In this document: positions 59,714-64,000 of the stretch, piece by piece
Numbering within the stretch: position 1 is the first letter of the stretch
Layout: the number at the start of each line of letters is the position of its first letter
Source: an uncultured Collinsella sp.
Lineage (GTDB): Bacteria > Actinomycetota > Coriobacteriia > Coriobacteriales > Coriobacteriaceae
Reading direction: 5' to 3'
Assembly (NCBI GenBank): GCA_905197665.1
Contig: CAJJZP010000004.1
Span: forward strand, 48,491 to 112,490
DNA length: 64,000 nt
Notes under the pieces: generated by a model
The model's input: the letters and a program-made list of their open reading frames with translations, nothing else
The model's database searches: none
Told to the model about the DNA's origin: nothing
Position numbers and translations under genes: made by a program

Positions 59714-61018
59714 CTAGCCCATATCCGCTTTGATGAGGTCGAGGGTGCGCTGGCAGTTTTCGCGGACGGGCCCGAGCATATGTTCGCGCAGGTCCGCCAT
59801 GCCGGGCAGATCGGCGTATTCGTCCATGACCTCTTCCATGCAGATAGGCACTTCGTAGGCAAGGTCCATCATGGTTGTAAAGCAAAACTTCTCGGTTAGC
59901 CCGGCATCGGTGAGTGCCGCTTCCAGCACGGGGTCGCCTTCACCATGGTATCGGCGGATAGCGTTGGGTCCGATACGCCCCACGCGATTCTCGCCGCCAA
60001 CGCTCATGGCAAGGCGTGCCCGACGTCGCATGCTCTCATACGCCAAGCCCGATGCGACATCGTACATGGGTGCGAGTGCCGCGTTTGTGCCTTTGCCTAG
60101 GATGAGCGAGTAGTTTTTAGCGTGTGCGTCAGGCGCTCTGATAATGGCGTTATAGAACAACATATAGGTAAAAAGCACAAGATTCATGTGGTGGGGGACT
60201 GTGTTAATCAGTCGTTCTTGGATGTCTCGTGTAGTCGGTCCTCCGTCGGCGGTGTATTTCTGGCTTGGCAATACACCGAGCGCCTGGCAAAAGTCCTCCT
60301 GATGCAGCCTTTCGATACTTCCGCTGTTATTGACCATTCTGTCGTACCGTTCAACGACGAGTGCGGCTTCGTCTTCAAATGTGCAATAGGAGACGTTGGC
60401 AGTTGGAATGCCAACACGCCGAGCCGTTTTCATGCAGACGAATTCGTTTAAGGCCTGATGTTTGAACCCGACGACACCATTTTTGAAGATATGGGTAGTG
60501 GGGGATGACCCTAGACATTCGTACCATTGGCCATCATGCCAAGCTAGTGCAAATTTGCCTTGGTTGCCGCCCAGGGACCAGCTTTCGTTGGAGCCCATCC
60601 ATGTCTCTCTTTCGTCATCGCGAATTGCTTTAAGCTTGTGAGCGATTTGAGAATTGGTAAGCGGGCGGTATGCGGAGACCCTGCCACGGACGGCGTCTAA
60701 TTGATCGGCTCGACAAAACTGAACGGCCCCCGCGCAGTCAAGACCGATATGGCACAAGAGGGCGACGGGGTTGTTAGATGCAACATCATGCTCGGTGGCA
60801 ATGGCGCGACGCTGCTCTTGACTGTCGGGCAAAAGGCCAAATAGGAACGGGCGGACGATGTTATGGCCATACGTGCGATTGGAAAGCGGCATTGTTAGCG
60901 ATAGCGGTGCCCCGCGATAGGTTGGGGCGTATACAAAGCTGCAGAGTCCATGCTCGTCTTGCCGGAGAGTGCCTGCGATTTCGCCACAAATGAGGGTCGC
61001 AAGCTCCATTTCTGCCAT
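59714..61018 (-). CDS. hipA: HipA-family Ser/Thr kinase toxin
   Basis: PLSL.MP, LLPD, SLGGNQGKFAL, THIFK, ERYDR, HQEDFCQALG, DAHAKNYS and PMYD motifs. Confidence 0.93.
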   Translation of the reverse strand: MAEMELATLICGEIAGTLRQDEHGLCSFVYAPTYRGAPLSLTMPLSNRTYGHNIVRPFLFGLLPDSQEQRRAIATEHDVASNNPVALLCHIGLDCAGAVQFCRADQLDAVRGRVSAYRPLTNSQIAHKLKAIRDDERETWMGSNESWSLGGNQGKFALAWHDGQWYECLGSSPTTHIFKNGVVGFKHQALNEFVCMKTARRVGIPTANVSYCTFEDEAALVVERYDRMVNNSGSIERLHQEDFCQALGVLPSQKYTADGGPTTRDIQERLINTVPHHMNLVLFTYMLFYNAIIRAPDAHAKNYSLILGKGTNAALAPMYDVASGLAYESMRRRARLAMSVGGENRVGRIGPNAIRRYHGEGDPVLEAALTDAGLTEKFCFTTMMDLAYEVPICMEEVMDEYADLPGMADLREHMLGPVRENCQRTLDLIKADMG

Positions 61019-61450
61019 TTATTTCACAACCTTACAGCCAAAGGAGAGGTCTGAAGTGTCGGTAAGGCCTTGCTCGGCTGCGATTTGGGCCAGCAAGGCA
61101 CCATAGGAAGATGGCGCTCCTTGTCGAGCGGGTCGTCTGCCTACGCTTGGCTTTGGCAGGGCATTCGAGTTCGCGATAGGGAGGTCCGCTATCGTCGTTG
61201 GATGTTCGGAGGGCGATGCGATGGAGTCGTTATCGCTTTGCGCAAAGAGGCCTATGCCGAGTGCGTTAAAGACAGTCAGCAACTTGTCGAGCCGAATACC
61301 CGTGGCGTCTCCTAGCTCGAGCGATGCGAGCAGGCGTTCCGAAACACCGGCTTTTTTAGCGAGGGCGGCACGGGTGAGACCCTGAGCCTCGCGTGCCTGA
61401 CGCACATAGATGCCAGCTTGCCGCGGTGTGGTGATGGGAAGGGTATCCAT
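61019..61450 (-). CDS. hipB: HipB-like XRE HTH antitoxin with C-terminal extension
   Basis: VRQAREAQGLTRAALAKKAGVSERLLASLELG; directly abuts hipA. Confidence 0.85.
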   Translation of the reverse strand: MDTLPITTPRQAGIYVRQAREAQGLTRAALAKKAGVSERLLASLELGDATGIRLDKLLTVFNALGIGLFAQSDNDSIASPSEHPTTIADLPIANSNALPKPSVGRRPARQGAPSSYGALLAQIAAEQGLTDTSDLSFGCKVVK

Positions 61451-61463
61451 GGCGATCTCCTAA

Positions 61464-61533
61464 CGTGCAGACTTTTGCATATCAGTATGACATGCAAAAG
61501 TCTGCACGAAAAGGCATTATGCAAAACTCTGCA
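61464..61533. promoter_or_regulatory. hipBA operator repeats
   Basis: 17-bp perfect IR cgtgcagacttttgcat / atgcaaaagtctgcacg, plus a third copy atgcaaaactctgca. Confidence 0.85.
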
Positions 61534-61574
61534 TGAGACCTCTACATTGACGTTGAGCTTATGAGAGGCGTTTT

Positions 61575-62171
61575 TTATATCGCGAGAATCCCCAGATGCT
61601 CAAGCAAGATCTTAAGCCCGATGAAGATGAGCACGACGCCACCCACGATGGTGGCAGGCTTTTCGTAGCGCGCGCCAAAGGTGTGGCCGATCGCTACGCC
61701 GGCGACGGAGAAGATAAAGGTCGTGATGCCGATGAGCGACACGGCGGGCATGATGTCGACCGAGAGCGCGGCAAATGAGATGCCTACGGCTAGGGCGTCG
61801 ATTGAGGTGGCGATGGCGAGGATCAGGTACTCGCCCAGGTCAATCTTTTCGGCATCCTTGCCGTCGCCCTCATCCTCGTCCTCGTCCTCGTCCTCGTCCT
61901 CGGTAAAGGCCTCCCACAGCATTTTGCCGCCAATGAAGGCGAGCAGGATAAAGGCGATCCAGTGGTCGATGGGGCCGATGATGCCCATAAACTGGCTGCC
62001 AAGTGCCCATCCGATCACGGGCATGCCGGCCTGGAAGCCGCCAAAGAACAGGCCGAGCACTACGGCGACCTTAAGGTTGATCTTCTTCATGCCAAGGCCC
62101 TTGCAGATGGATACGGCAAAGGCGTCCATCGAAAGGCCAACGGCGAGCAGCACGAGCTCTGCGAGTCCCAT
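61575..62171 (-). CDS. mntP: Manganese efflux pump MntP
   Basis: LSMDAFAVS, FG.FQ.GMP..GW, DHWIAF, ATSIDALAVG and GG.VLI.IG.KIL motifs. Confidence 0.93.
   Translation of the reverse strand: MGLAELVLLAVGLSMDAFAVSICKGLGMKKINLKVAVVLGLFFGGFQAGMPVIGWALGSQFMGIIGPIDHWIAFILLAFIGGKMLWEAFTEDEDEDEDEDEGDGKDAEKIDLGEYLILAIATSIDALAVGISFAALSVDIMPAVSLIGITTFIFSVAGVAIGHTFGARYEKPATIVGGVVLIFIGLKILLEHLGILAI
61873..61902. repeat. In-frame (TCCTCG)5 microsatellite encoding Glu-Asp repeats in mntP
   Basis: Five tandem tcctcg units. Confidence 0.9.
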
Positions 62172-62256
62172 AGTCTGGCTCCCTCTCTGCGGGCGGGCCC
62201 GCGTGTACCTCTTGGGGGAGCAACATAAAGACTAACCTTGGCACATGGTTGATTGG

Positions 62257-62288
62257 GTAGTCAAAAGAGCCCGTCCCAAATTAGCTAT
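62257..62288. repeat. REP-like GGGAC hairpin (minus orientation)
   Basis: gtagtcaaaagagcccgtcccaaattagctat; matches 9791-9823. Confidence 0.7.
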
Positions 62289-62397
62289 CTTAGCGGTGTT
62301 CGCTCATTCTGTAAGCATCGGATTTCGCGAGCGCCGCGGGGACAAACCGTGAGAAACTATTTAGCGTTTATGGAGCGTATACGATGGGAGCGATGCC

Positions 62398-63465
62398 TTG
62401 GATAAGAACGAGCTGCAAAAGCGTATGGAACAGGCCATCCGTCTGACGGCACCTGGTCAGCCGATCCGCACTGCCCTCGACATGATCATCGCCGGTCACC
62501 TGGGCGCCCTTATCTGCGTTGGCGACACCGAAAACGTGCTCGCTGCCGGTAACGACGGCTTCCCGCTCAACATTTCGTTCACCTCGAACCGTCTGTTCGA
62601 GCTCTCCAAGATGGACGGCGCCATCGTCATCGACGGCGACCTCACCCAGATCCTGCGCGCCAACTTCCATCTCAATCCCGATCCCTCGCTTGCCACGAGC
62701 GAGACGGGCATGCGTCATCGCACCGCCGCTCGCATGTCGGTGCTCACCGATGCCATTGTGATCTCGGTCTCGGCCCGTCGTGCCGTCGTCAACGTGTACG
62801 TTCACGGCAAGAGCTACGAGATCCAGCCCGTCACCACCATCATGAGCTCGGTCAACCAGCTCGTCGCCACGCTCCAGACTACCCGTCAGTCGCTCGACCG
62901 CTCCCTGCTGCGTCTGACGGCCCTCGAGCTCGACGACTACGTTACGCTCGCCGACATTACCGGTATTTTCTCGAGCTTCGAGATCATGCAGCAGGCAAAG
63001 ACTGAGCTTAAGGATTGCATCGTCAAGTTGGGCAACCAGGGCAAGCTCGTGCAGATGCAGCTCGAGCAGCTCGCGGGCTCCAGCATGGATACCGAGTATG
63101 ACCTGATGATCCGCGACTACGCAAGTGATTCTTCCGAGGCTAATGCCGAGAAGATTCGCGCCAACCTAAGCCGTATGACACCTAAGGACCTGTCCGACCC
63201 ACAGCATGTGGCGGCGGTTCTGGGTTACGACGACCTGGACGAGGACTCCGTCATGACGCCACTGGGCCTGCGCACGCTTTCGCGCGTGTCCGTCGTGCGC
63301 GACGGCGTGGCCGAGAAGATCGTCGACGAGTACGGCTCGTTGCAGGAGCTCATGGACGACATTAGCGAGGATCCGGAGCGCCTGGGCGACTTTGGCGTCA
63401 ACAACCCTGCCATTCTTGCGGACTCGCTGTACCGCATGAAGGGCACCAAACAGGGGAACGCATAA
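62398..63465 (+). CDS. disA: DNA integrity scanning diadenylate cyclase
   Basis: APG..IR.AL..I, ELSKMDGA and ETGMRHRTAAR motifs; C-terminal HhH-like region. Confidence 0.93.
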   Translation: MDKNELQKRMEQAIRLTAPGQPIRTALDMIIAGHLGALICVGDTENVLAAGNDGFPLNISFTSNRLFELSKMDGAIVIDGDLTQILRANFHLNPDPSLATSETGMRHRTAARMSVLTDAIVISVSARRAVVNVYVHGKSYEIQPVTTIMSSVNQLVATLQTTRQSLDRSLLRLTALELDDYVTLADITGIFSSFEIMQQAKTELKDCIVKLGNQGKLVQMQLEQLAGSSMDTEYDLMIRDYASDSSEANAEKIRANLSRMTPKDLSDPQHVAAVLGYDDLDEDSVMTPLGLRTLSRVSVVRDGVAEKIVDEYGSLQELMDDISEDPERLGDFGVNNPAILADSLYRMKGTKQGNA

Positions 63466-64000
63466 TGGCGCCCGTATGCGCCGTGGTCGTTGCCGGCGGC
63501 AGCGGCCAGCGCTTTGGAAATCCCGGCGGCAAGCAGCTCGTTAACGTGGCGGGTCGTCCGCTCATGAGCTGGTCCATCCGCGCGTTCGATCGTAGCGACA
63601 AGGTCGGCCACATCGTGGTGGTGTGCCCTGCCGAGCGCCGTGCCGAGATGCGCCGCCTGGCCATCGACCCGTTTGACTATGACACGCCCATCAGCTTCGC
63701 CGATGCCGGCGATACCCGCCAGGACTCCACCCGTGCCGGCGTGCATGCGGTACCGGCGGGTTTCGAATATGTCGCCATCCACGACGGCGCCCGTCCGCTC
63801 ATCACGACCGAGGCCATCGATCATGCGATCGACGTGCTCGTGAGCGACCGCGCCCTCGACGGTGTCGTGTGCGGTCAGCCCGCGATCGACACGCTCAAGA
63901 TTGTCGACGGCGACAATATCGTCGAGACGCCGCCGCGCGAGCTCTATTGGGCCGCGCAGACGCCGCAGATCTTTAGCGTCGACGCCATGAAGCGCGCCCA
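63465..64000 (+). CDS. ispD: 2-C-methyl-D-erythritol 4-phosphate cytidylyltransferase (3' truncated)
   Basis: MAPVCAVVVAGGSGQRFG...KQ, TRQDS, IHDGARPL, DTLK and AQTPQ motifs. Confidence 0.92.
   Translation, partial: MAPVCAVVVAGGSGQRFGNPGGKQLVNVAGRPLMSWSIRAFDRSDKVGHIVVVCPAERRAEMRRLAIDPFDYDTPISFADAGDTRQDSTRAGVHAVPAGFEYVAIHDGARPLITTEAIDHAIDVLVSDRALDGVVCGQPAIDTLKIVDGDNIVETPPRELYWAAQTPQIFSVDAMKRA

Overview
High-GC, mostly core chromosomal window. Gene content and order suggest a Coriobacteriia gut bacterium such as Collinsella; this is an inference, not a database match. Housekeeping genes include coaX, lgt, a yebC-family gene, amaP-DUF2273-asp23, groES-groEL, argCJBD with tandem ARG boxes, asnB-murE-HAD-murI-rph-rdgB-dtd, veg-ispE, tatA, greA, lysS, clpC, pepD, mntP, disA and ispD. 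There are two tRNAs (Val-TAC, Pro-CGG) and an FMN riboswitch heading an ECF transporter operon followed by two split-barrel flavoprotein paralogs. Two toxin-antitoxin modules (RHH-PIN and HipBA) have clear operator palindromes. The most interesting locus is at 23.9-26.9 kb on the minus strand. It runs promoter with operator palindrome, then a His/Cys-motif membrane micro-protein resembling a metal-sensing leader peptide, then a terminator-like hairpin, a deleted ZnuA/AdcA remnant and an LTA-synthase-family gene. Other notable items: a LysRS fused to a C-terminal tRNA-binding domain, a peptidoglycan cluster consistent with a non-mDAP stem, tRNA-Val-linked repeats, several REP-like hairpin families and long palindromes. 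No CRISPR array, rRNA, transposase or integrase was seen.
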